Assembly: GCA_029953675.1 (NCBI GenBank)
Contig: JAMWBK010000001.1
Coordinates: forward strand, 3,596,001-3,660,000
Source of the DNA: Rhodosorus marinus CCMP1338
Lineage: Eukaryota > Plantae > Rhodophyta
Direction: 5' to 3'
Length of the DNA: 64,000 nucleotides
Of this stretch, positions 35,429-45,400 are shown one piece after another. Position numbers and translations under genes: made by a program. The stretch's first letter is position 1. Each line of letters starts with the position of its first letter. Under the pieces are notes generated by a model that made no database searches, was not told the origin of the DNA, and saw nothing but the letters and a program-made list of their open reading frames with translations.

Positions 35429-38122
35429 TTAGTCGTGATCAGCTGCACTCGATTGGTCGCTTTCCATCCGGTCCGAGCTCTTCCGGGGAAGCCGAATTGA
35501 TGAAGAGTTGTGGTTTTGAGGAGCGGAGGATGTAGTAGAGTTGGCTTCGAGTTGTAGACCGCTGGGGCTGGCTGGACTTAGGCTTAGACTGATGTCGCTC
35601 AGCGCCGGCAACTGAAACGCGGCCTCTCTGTCTCGCTCTCGCGCAATTAGCTTCCTCAGGAGGGTCCTATTCGGAGGGTACTGAATGTGACGATGCGATA
35701 AGTCCCTCATCATTTGCTGGACCTCCTCCGTGAATGGGATGTTGCCTCGGAACGCCATGCACCTCAGGACGGTGACAGCGTCATCGTGCAGGCCATGTCT
35801 CATCAAAGTTCTAATCATCTTCGCGTTGGGCCCCGCTCTTTGCAGGTCTATTCTCTTGTTAAGACTTGCATTCCGAATCTTGCGATTAAGATCAGGCTCG
35901 TACGATGTTTTGAAGGGCAGCCCATCGCCAGTCTTACCTTCACGAAGCGTGAAGGTCCTTCCCAGCCCATGGGATGCTGGGTCCTCCTCTCGGTCGAGAG
36001 GCAGCTTTTCAGCCTCCTCCTCAGACGGTGCATAGTCTCGCTGTTCCAACAGCGACACCTCTTCTCCATCGGAATGGTAATCCTCCTCCATGGACCCATT
36101 CAACAGCTCCGAATCGTTCAAGTTGTCCTCACCAGCCACTCCGGAGGCCGTGTGAGCCGCAGACGGAGCTTCTTCGTCTTCCTCAATGGGCTCGTATTCA
36201 CCTCTATCATCGTCCTCAACCTCCTCTTCTCGTACATTGCGCTGCTCACTCAGCTGCGCTAGGATCAACTTGAGCTCTTCTGTATGACCATCGGTATGTC
36301 GTTGTAAGTGCATCACCAATGCGTAAACTGACTCGACAAAGCCACGACTCTCCAGCTCTAAGCCAGAGCGCACCAGGTTCTTGAGAAGAGGCAATGCCTT
36401 CACAACGTTCCCACTGCGCACGAGCTCAATCACCAAGGCCATGTCGAGGGAAGTATTTCGAGCGAGATTATTCCGCTCCATCTCCTTAAGCTTACGCAGC
36501 GCCTCCGGTAGATTTCTGCTCTTCACTAATGCCCCCACAAGGAGCTCGTACTGCTCCGCGGTTGGCCTGAACCCATCCCTCTCCATGGAAGCGAGCACAT
36601 CCGTGACCTCGGAGATCTTCTCAGTAGACAGCAGCGTTTTCATCATGTTCGTGTACATTTGTTCACTGATGGGAACACGGAGATCACGACAGATCTGCAG
36701 GGTCATAAAACTACCATCGACATCCCGATTGGCAATGTCCATCATCTGAATACCCTCCATCATCGCCGTGTCCACGTACGCCGAGTTGAACACTTCCTTG
36801 ATCATCTTTCTGATCATGTTCGCATCGCCAACCTTCCCAGCTGTCGAGAGAATCCTTATTAGAGCTCTCATGGTCATGGGATCGACCTCGATCTTCTCCT
36901 CCAGAACGAGTTCCGCTGCCGCTACGACCATTTCGATTCCACCACCATCGTCACATCTGAGCTTCAGGTGACGCACAAGGAACTCCCTAGGGATCTTCAG
37001 CTGCGATAGGATCATCGAATCGACCACGGCGAGCTGAAATTCTGGATTGAATTCTGACGCATTCAGCATTATCTTGAGCAGCTCCGTAGGATCTCGACGC
37101 CTACCCATCCGCTCCATCAGTACGCCTCTTAGGATAGTCATGATGGTATCTGGGAGCTCGGACTTCACTTCGTACTTCAGCGCTGCTCGCAGATACCGTT
37201 CAAAAAGGGACTGAAACCATTCTGGATTCTCTAAAGTCCTGAAGTTGACCAGACTCTCTGTGAGGAGATTTTTCTCGCTTTTAGCGGTGTAGAGCTCTAC
37301 CATTCGAAGCATGAGCTCGTAGTTGTCGAAGATTGAGGATCCCTTCGGCGGAGGAGACTGGGCCTCCCTGGTTTTGAAGGCTTCGATCGACTTGTGGAGG
37401 TCGGTGAACTGATCTCTCGACGACAAAAAGTTTGCCAGGGCGAGGAGAGCCTCCGGTTTCTTTTCCGACGCGTGGTACCACTTGTTGGCTTCTTTCGCGC
37501 TTCCGCTCGAGGATATGAGGAGCGACGCCACGCCAACGGGGATTCCGGTCATGTCATTACGACGTTGAAGAAGATACGCGGCAGTAATTGCTGCAGATCG
37601 GCTGCTGATCTTGGTTGCATCGACGAATCCGTAGACGATCGCCTCCAACCTTTCCAGATCAGTTTCTTCCCTCTGGATTTGGCTCACAACAGCCCGTTCT
37701 CGGTCGGATCTCACATATGCCGACGCGAGGTGGCGAATGACAAGCGGGGAAGTCTTTACATGAGCTGGGAGAGTCCTGTACCAGGCTCTCATAGGTCCAT
37801 TGATTCGATCAGAACAGGCCAAAAGAGCCGAAGTGAATCCGATATCGTCTCGAAACCTCGATTTCAGATGTTCAAGCTCTCCGCTTGTCATTTTGGGAAG
37901 GTATTCAGACCATCGAACATGTCCATCAGCTCCTTTACCTCTCAGAGCTTCCAACTCGTCTTCAACAAGAGGCAGGAACGTTACCGGTGCCAAAGCCCCC
38001 GGAGTACGTAAATCACGGCCCGTCCGTTCAACATTTTGACCAACTCCCGGCGACTCCAGGTTCGAAATTTCTCTCGTATGCTTTCCTTTCAAGATTCTAA
38101 GATTCCATCTAGGACTATTCAT
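35429..38122 (-). CDS. Pentatricopeptide-repeat protein
   Basis: 897-aa ORF with consecutive PPR-like units: SEQMYTNMMKTLLSTEKISEVTDVLASMERDGFRP, TAEQYELLVGALVKSRNLPEALRKLKEMERNNLAR, NTSLDMALVIELVRSGNVVKALPLLKNLVRSGLEL. The true 5' end may lie further upstream. Confidence 0.8.
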   Translation of the reverse strand: MNSPRWNLRILKGKHTREISNLESPGVGQNVERTGRDLRTPGALAPVTFLPLVEDELEALRGKGADGHVRWSEYLPKMTSGELEHLKSRFRDDIGFTSALLACSDRINGPMRAWYRTLPAHVKTSPLVIRHLASAYVRSDRERAVVSQIQREETDLERLEAIVYGFVDATKISSRSAAITAAYLLQRRNDMTGIPVGVASLLISSSGSAKEANKWYHASEKKPEALLALANFLSSRDQFTDLHKSIEAFKTREAQSPPPKGSSIFDNYELMLRMVELYTAKSEKNLLTESLVNFRTLENPEWFQSLFERYLRAALKYEVKSELPDTIMTILRGVLMERMGRRRDPTELLKIMLNASEFNPEFQLAVVDSMILSQLKIPREFLVRHLKLRCDDGGGIEMVVAAAELVLEEKIEVDPMTMRALIRILSTAGKVGDANMIRKMIKEVFNSAYVDTAMMEGIQMMDIANRDVDGSFMTLQICRDLRVPISEQMYTNMMKTLLSTEKISEVTDVLASMERDGFRPTAEQYELLVGALVKSRNLPEALRKLKEMERNNLARNTSLDMALVIELVRSGNVVKALPLLKNLVRSGLELESRGFVESVYALVMHLQRHTDGHTEELKLILAQLSEQRNVREEEVEDDDRGEYEPIEEDEEAPSAAHTASGVAGEDNLNDSELLNGSMEEDYHSDGEEVSLLEQRDYAPSEEEAEKLPLDREEDPASHGLGRTFTLREGKTGDGLPFKTSYEPDLNRKIRNASLNKRIDLQRAGPNAKMIRTLMRHGLHDDAVTVLRCMAFRGNIPFTEEVQQMMRDLSHRHIQYPPNRTLLRKLIARERDREAAFQLPALSDISLSLSPASPSGLQLEANSTTSSAPQNHNSSSIRLPRKSSDRMESDQSSAADHD

Positions 38123-38257
38123 TTAGATTTCATCCAAGAAAAAGGTTCAGAGTCACACAACCTCCTAAACTTAAAGTGGCGTCACCCATCGACCTCCCCT
38201 CGACCCCGCTCCGGCGTTCTCTGTCATGACGTACTACACCCACGCCCAAAATCCAGC

Positions 38258-38562
38258 TTTCACATCTCCAACAGCCAGCTGGGTATTACTCAAATTATTC
38301 CATATTTCGAGTTTTATTCCCCCCTAATTACTCCCAAATTAGGTAATATATCCCAATTCTATCTTGTTCTTCTCTATCTTCTTCTTCTTCTCTCCAGCTA
38401 ACCTGGGAAATATCGAGTTTTGCCCATCGTACTTATACTCTTGCTCCATCGGGATGTGCAATAACTATTAAGCTCAAAAGGGTGTTGCACCTCCGGAGAT
38501 TTTGGCACAGCCCGAGCATAATTTTGCATAGCCGGACATTGCTGGAAGGTGGAGACGTCACA
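38258..38562 (-). repeat. 3' LTR of element 2
   Basis: 305 bp; differs from the 5' LTR by 4 substitutions and 1 indel by manual comparison. Confidence 0.97.
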
Positions 38563-41500
38563 TCCCTCCCACCGAAGAAGAAGCGCGGGGTCGGGCAGAT
38601 TCAGCAGCACGATGAAAGTTCATGTAGTAGCGAATTTGCCTTTTTGTAGCAGAGGTTTGTGGCAACTGGTGAGCTGCAATCCATCGAGCATCAGCTACTG
38701 TTTCCCCCTCGAAGTATACCATATATTCGCTGGTTCCCTCTGGTTTCATCCGATGACTAAGTACGGATGCGATTTCGCCTCCAGTCGCTGCTTCAGCTAC
38801 CAACTCGGGTATGTCGGGTTGTACGTTGTCGGGAGAACCGACAAATTTCCTCAGCAGGGAAACGTGGAACGTTGGATGTACCTTCATTTCGGTTGGTAAC
38901 TGCAGGATATAAGCGACATTGTTCACCTTACGCTGGATTCTGAAGGGTCCGGTGTATCGAGGTCTGAACGGTTTGGGATCTCGTAGCGGCAAGTTCGTGG
39001 TTGATAAGAGCACCATTTCGTCAGGGAAAAACTCAGGGTCACGCCTTCCCGCGTCGTAGCGGATTTTCTGTACTTGCTTTGAGTACAACATGTTGTTCCT
39101 TGCTGCCATGTATTGATCCTGCTGATGTCGTAAAAGAACTTCGGCTGCCTCAGGTAAGGGAGAAACGATAGCCTCCTCTGCACGTGGTACTATTAATGTT
39201 CCCGGTAGCTCAGGGTTTCGTCCGTACAGAAGTTCGAAGGGCGAATACTTAGTAGATTCCGATATTTGCGTGTTGTAGACCAACTCCGCCATGGAAAGAT
39301 CTGCGGCCCATGTAGTTCGGGTACTGTTGCATCGGAGGTATGTCTCCAACGTCTGATTGACTCGCTCCGTTTGTCCGTCCGTTTGCGGGTGATAGGCTGT
39401 ACTCAAATTCGTTCTGACCTTAAGTATACCCATCAGTCGTTGCCAGAATAGGCTGGTGAACTTAGAATCCCGGTCTGAAATTATGGTTCGGGGTAATCCC
39501 GCGAACCGTACCCAGTGTTCGAAGAATAATTCTGCCGTTTTCGCCGCATCTGCGTCCGTCCGGATTGGTATAAATTTCGAATATTTTGTGAGGCGATCGA
39601 CAATTACTGGGATTGGTCTTCCCATGACTACATCGGGAGCTGATGCAATCCTAGATCGCTTCACAAAATATTCGAAATTTATACCAACCCGGACGGACGC
39701 AGATGCGGCGAAAACGGCAGAATTATTCTTCGAACACTGGGTACGGTTCGCGGGATTACCCCGAACCATAATTTCAGACCGGGATTCTAAGTTCACCAGC
39801 CTATTCTGGCAACGACTGATGGGTATACTTAAGGTCAGAACGAATTTGAGTACAGCCTATCACCCGCAAACGGACGGACAAACGGAGCGAGTCAATCAGA
39901 CGTTGGAGAAACGATAGCCTCCTCTGCACGTGGTACTATTAATGTTCCCGGTAGCTCAGGGTTTCGTCCGTACAGAAGTTCGAAGGGCGAATACTTAGTA
40001 GATTCCGAGATTTGCGTGTTGTAGACCAACTCCGCCATGGAAAGATCTGCGGCCCATGTAGTTCGGGTACTGTTGCATCGGAGGTATGTCTCCAACGTCT
40101 GATTGACTCGCTCCGTTTGTCCGTCCGTTTGCGGGTGATAGGCTGTACTCAAATTCGTTCTGACCTTAAGTATACCCATCAGTCGTTGCCAGAATAGGCT
40201 GGTGAACTTAGAATCCCGGTCTGAAATTATGGTTCGGGGTAATCCCGCGAACCGTACCCAGTGTTCGAAGAATAATTCTGCGTTTTCGCCGCATCTGCGT
40301 CCGTCCGGGTTGGTATAAATTTCGAATATTTTGTGAAGCGATCGACAATTAGTAGGATTGCATCAGCTCCCGATGTAGTCATGGGAAGACTAACGATGAA
40401 ATCCATGGTGATGTCCTGCAACTTTGTTTCTGGTACAGGTAGCGGCTGTAGAAATCCTTGTGATGCCCGGAGTGGTTTCTGCTTTTGGCAGATTTCGCAC
40501 TTTCCAACCATTGATTGAACGTCATCCCTCATTGTGCGCCAATAATAACGTCTCTTCAAAAGGTTGACTGTTTTATGGAGACCGAAATGTCCTCCCGTGG
40601 GTTCCTCATGATATCGCCGTAGTAAGTCCGGTACGAATTTCTGGGGCACACAAACGCGATGATGTTTGTACAAGATGTCCCGCTTTCTACGAAATCCCTG
40701 CTCCTCGTACTTCACTGCTTCTGGGTAGACTGCTGCGAAATCAGGATCTTGTAGATATGCTCCGGTCCAATCTTCTTGGGGTAGTATACCGGAAACCGCC
40801 ATCTGGTTGATCGCTCCCCGGCTGAGTGGGTCCGCAATATTTTCCGCCCCTTTCTTGTATTCGATATTGAAGGAAAACGGCATTAAGCGATTCACATATC
40901 TCGCTTGTCCCTTGGTAAGCTCCTTTTGCGAGTGTAGAAAACGCAAAGGGTTATGGTCGGTGCGAAGCCCAAATCGTTGGCCCTCGACGTACGTCCGCCA
41001 ATGTAATACCGCTAGGGTCAACGCGTAGAGTTCCCGTTCATAAGTGGAATACTTCTCCTCCGTAGTGGTGAACCGCTGTGAGAAGTACGCAATTGGATGT
41101 TCTCCATCTTCAAAGGTTAGCAATAACACAGCCCCTACTCCCTTGTTACTGGCATCAGTACAAATTGTGAAGGTTTTTGTAAAATCCGGATTTCGTAGTA
41201 CTGGCTGCTGCATCAATTTCTCCCGCAGGGTGTCAAATGCTTTCTGTTGCTCCGGTCCCCACAGAAATTCTACATTCTTCCTCGTGAGGTTGGTCAGGGG
41301 TGCTGCTACCAGGCTGAATCGTGGCACATAGTTACGGAGATAGCCCGTAAAACCCAAGAAGGACCTGACATCGTGCACATTTTCTGGGACTTGCCAATTT
41401 TTAAGGGCGGCTACCTTGCTAGGATCCGGCCGTCGTCTCCCACTCCCAACCAGATGACCCAAATATTTCGTTTCTGGTACACCGAAGACGCACTTTGACC

Positions 41501-42932
41501 GCTTTGTATAGAGTCGGTGGTTTCTCAGCTTCGAGAAGACGATGTCTAGATGTCTTTTGTGGTCTTCCTTATTCGCCGAGTAGATAATAATGTCGTCAAA
41601 GAAGATCATGACGAAAACGTTTAACTCGTTGAAGAAAATACTGTTCAATAGTCGAGTAAACACAGCAGGAGCATTTGTCAGTCCAAACGGCATCACTAAC
41701 CACTCGTAAAGACCAAATGGCGTCGTGAACGCTGTTTTTGGAATGTCCTTCTTCTCCACGCGTAGTTGCCAGTAACCACTCCTCAAATCGATCACACTGA
41801 GATATGTGGCTTTGCCGAGAGCATCTAGACAATCGTCTATTCTTGGCGGGCTGGTCTTGTTGAGGATGGTTGCCTGGTTCAGTTTGCGGTAATCGATGCA
41901 CAATCGCCGCCCACCATCTTTTTTGTCCACAAAAAGACAGGGTGAAGCAAAAGGCGACGAGCTAGGTCGAACGAGGTTTTTGCTCAGCAAATCTTGTAGT
42001 TGAGTTTTCAGATCCTTCTGATCTGCAAGACTCATTCGGTATGGTCTTCGGGATGTTGGTTCAGTCCCCGGTTTCAGATCAATTGTAAAGTTGACGTTTC
42101 GCCAAGGGGCCAGGTTCTTAATGTCTTCCACAAAAACGTCAGCGTATTTATCCGTAATAAATTCCTCCAGATCTTTCGCCTCTTCCAGTCGTTTTTGTGT
42201 AAATTTCGTTATATTTTTGATTTCGGGTTCCTCCGTATAATTTTCAGGTTCTGGGTGGTCAGGTTGTTCAGGTTCTACTTCAGGGTTTTGTTCAGGTTCT
42301 TCTTCACTGTAATTCTCCCGGTTTTCTGGTTTCTGTTCAGGCTGAGTGACAAGTTCTTCAGCTTCTTCTGGTTGATTGCTCAGCTTGGCTTCTGGTTTAA
42401 TGGCTGGATCTGTTTCAGTTTCTTCGGGGTATTCAGGTTCTTCTGGGTATTCGGGTTCTTTTTCTGGTTTTCCTTCTGGTTTGATAAGTTTATCTTCTGG
42501 GTATTCGGGTTCTTCTGGGTATGCAGGTTCTTTTTCTGGGTTTAACATCAGCAGCTGGTTTGGTAGGTCGAGTCTCGCTTGATAGTAGCTGAGGAAATCT
42601 CTTCCCAAATATCCAGGGCTCGTAGCGTCTTCAACTACATAGGGCTGCCAATCGAAGTGATGACCACCTAGTTGTAGGGTCACGTTGGCTTCGCCCAAGA
42701 TTTTTATGGATGTGCCCGGCGAGGCCGTGTCCAATTTCCCGTGTTGAGTCGGAATTATTGTGGTGGCGTCCGGTCTTCCCCTCAAGACAGAGTGGCTGCT
42801 GCCTGTATCGACGAGCAGGGGGGTTACCTTGCCGTTGACCAACCCTTTGACTGTCATGTCCCCGTGGAGAGGGATAGGGACGCCTTGTTCAGCAACAGTA
42901 ACGGCGTCCCCTACTGCTGCTCCTCTTTTAAC
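38558..42932 (-). pseudogene. pol of element 2 (PR-RT-RH-IN-chromodomain) disrupted by a 1-nt deletion and a duplication-inversion in IN
   Basis: 876-aa ORF 40227-42857 leaves frame at DADAAKT. The IN core is repeated, and the IN C-terminus and chromodomain (EIASVLSHR..EYMVYFEG..ARWI) lie in ORF 38558-39796. Confidence 0.9.
39343..39909. repeat. ~256-bp near-perfect inverted repeat inside element 2 integrase
   Basis: Arms at 39343-39598 and 39654-39909 are reverse complements with about 2 mismatches. A third copy lies at 40089-40343. Confidence 0.95.
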
Positions 42933-43672
42933 TGCTGGGTTAAAGGCGGTGCCGACTTCGAGACAGTCAGATCCCGATCAGGGTCGTTCCAGCAGATCCT
43001 TTGTGTATGCCCCTTCTTCCCGCAGTAGTTGCAAACAATGTTGGTGTAGTTGCGCTTCTGCAGCGCTTGCGTTCCGGGTTGGTAAATGCGTCCAGACCTG
43101 GTTCCCCTGCTTACAGTGGTCTGGGGCGTTGCCATTTTTTGGGGAAATTTCTCTTCCCGTCTGGAAGGTTGGCTGGCTGCCTCAGCTCCCTCAATTTTTA
43201 GGGCAAGTGCCTGTGCCGCCTCAAAATCCTGCACGTCCTGTATGTAGATGTATTTCTTGACCTCGGGTTTAAGGTCGAATTTCTCTGAATCAGAAATTTC
43301 TCCAACCTGGATCAGACATTTGTTGAAATATGCGGAATATGCTGCTACACTCGTTTTCTGCTCCGCCCGTGCGAGTTGCTGTTTCGCGCGGATCTTAGCG
43401 TCCGCTGGGTAGAATTGCGATTTTAAAGCATCCTCAAATCCGGCGTAGCGCGTGGGTTTTTGCGATTCAGGTATCAGGGACCACTAATACGAAGCGTCGC
43501 CAGTGAGATAGCCCTCTGCGAGGGTAATCTTGTAGTCGTCGTCGTCGTCAGGCAGACGAGCCAACTTAAAATACGTTCTCAAGCTGTTCAGGAACGTAGC
43601 AATGAGCAAAGCGTCGCGTCGCCCGTCATAGGCTTTCGGTTGTGGGGCCTGGATCTTGATGAGTGATGCCAT
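42911..43672 (-). pseudogene. gag of element 2 with premature stop
   Basis: GDASY*WSLIP, a TAG where element 1 has TGG. A 15-nt in-frame deletion relative to element 1 (EKFD-----LKPE). CCHC knuckle intact. Confidence 0.88.
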
Positions 43673-43781
43673 CTGCGGTTTGTCAGGTTTTGGTTCTCAG
43701 GTTCACTGGTTCTAGTAGTACTGGGCTCACTTTTCAGGTTCGCATAATGGTTCCTCAATCGCAACTTGCGATGAGACCAGA

Positions 43782-44085
43782 TTTCACGTCCCCAACAGCC
43801 AGCTGGGTATTACTCAAATTATTCCATATTTCGAGTTTTATTCCCCCCTAATTACTCCCAAATTAGGTAATATATCCCAATTCTATCTTGTTCTTCTCTA
43901 TCTTCTTCTTCTTCTCTCCAGCTAACCTGGGAAATATCGAGTTTGCCCATCGTACTTATACTCTTGCTCCATCGGGATGTGCAATAACTATTAAGCTCAA
44001 AAGGGTGTTGCACCTCCAGAGATTTTGGCACAGCCCGAGCATAATTTTGCAAAGCCGGACATTGCTGGAAGGTGGAGACGTCACA
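43782..44085 (-). repeat. 5' LTR of element 2
   Basis: 304 bp, starts TGTGACGTC and ends ..CGTGAAA before TC-TGGTCTC. Confidence 0.97.
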
Positions 44086-45400
44086 CCAGCTTCGATATTA
44101 AGGACAGTTTGTCCTGGGAAAGAACTGTACTAATATCGCTACTATTGCGTACTAGTTTGGGAGCTTCGGCTTGTCTTCCTCTTCTTTTTCTTCTACCAGT
44201 CGATGCTCACTGATTGCGTGGATGAGAATATCACTATCATTGCGCTCCGTTTCCGCTGTGGTTAACTTCTAAATTAAAGGAGGCAGAACATGGTGAGATT
44301 GTTGCCACGCGACTACTCGTTTTCATCTGGCGCAAAGCCCAACCTGACTCCTTGCCGAGGCAAGAATTATTAGAGATCTGGAGATTCCATATCTTAAGTT
44401 TCTGTTATCAACAGACAGTACCAACACGGTTTTAACGTTTTAACGGAGTGAATACTAAGAGACAGAAGTCGAGACTTCTAGGGATGTGACAACGACAAAA
44501 ACCTCGTGAAAAACCTCATGTCGTATGACAATCAAAAAAGCCCAAACTGCACTGGAAGCTAAATTTTATCATCCATCCGTGCTTGAAACCTCCATTCCCG
44601 CGACTGCATTCACCTCCAAAACTCTGTGATCTACTGATGCGCCCTTTCCCCCCCCCCCCCCCCACCCCCCAACCCGACGCCATTCACGAGAAATCCAATT
44701 CTGAAGTACTTCATGACCAATGCTAAAACGCTACAACTTGCTCCTTCATTTCAATCCACAACAACAACACTAGCACTAGACAAGAGCCCAGCGAGGGCTC
44801 CCAGCAAGACATACCGAAGCCGGAATGAACAGGACGCGTGCCGTACATTGATTTGATATAAAATGTTAAAAATTAAGTATTTTATGTTTCACTATGTTCT
44901 AGTAAGTTCAATCCTTATTTTGAGTTTTCAAAAAGTTGATTGAAAACTCGCCGTTACATCACCCCACCTGGGCTGGATGCCGGGGATCCATTGGAATCGG
45001 GCCTACCTGGGAAATGGGCTGTTGACGCGGAATGTGTGAGATTCTTGGGATGCTTTTTGGATGGGAGGTGAGAGTTTAAGGGGAAGGCTAAGGGATTGAC
45101 CCGGACGGGAAGTAGGTGAATTAGGACCCGAGCGGTTGGTGTTCTGGGGTTGGCGTTGTATGTGTTTGTTGGGTGTGGAGAATCTTGCAGGTAGTCTTAC
45201 GCAGAGTAGACTAGGCTGTACAAGAATTGCGGAAGATGAAAGTGGCGACGTAATAGAGTTTACTGCACTGATTTGTTTTGTGCATGGAGTTCGTTGTTTC
45301 TTTCTCACGAACGGGGGAGGAGTGACATGAGATCGTGATGACCGCTTGCTAGTACGTTGGAAACCAAGGGCTCCAGCAGCGAAAAGATTCAAAAGCAGCG

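Larger units (their letters stand above)
38258..44085 (-). mobile_element. Full-length Ty3/gypsy chromovirus-type LTR retrotransposon (element 2), young but internally rearranged
   Basis: Paired LTRs at 43782-44085 and 38258-38562; 5-bp TSD CCAGC at 38253-38257 and 44086-44090; PBS region 43750-43779; PPT GGTGGGAGGGA at 38563-38573; gag, PR (LVDTGS), RT (FFDD), RH, and IN with GPY/F motif (YTGPFRI) and a chromodomain-like C-terminus. Confidence 0.97.

Noticed and set aside
38398-38610. Short ORFs inside the LTRs (also 43852-44052)
   Set aside because: Chance ORFs repeated only because the LTRs are repeated; no coding signal.
39456-39917. Plus-strand 153-aa ORF and the start of ORF 38558-39796 as separate genes
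   Set aside because: They are by-products of the inverted integrase copy, which is why both begin with the same MNLESRSEI text.
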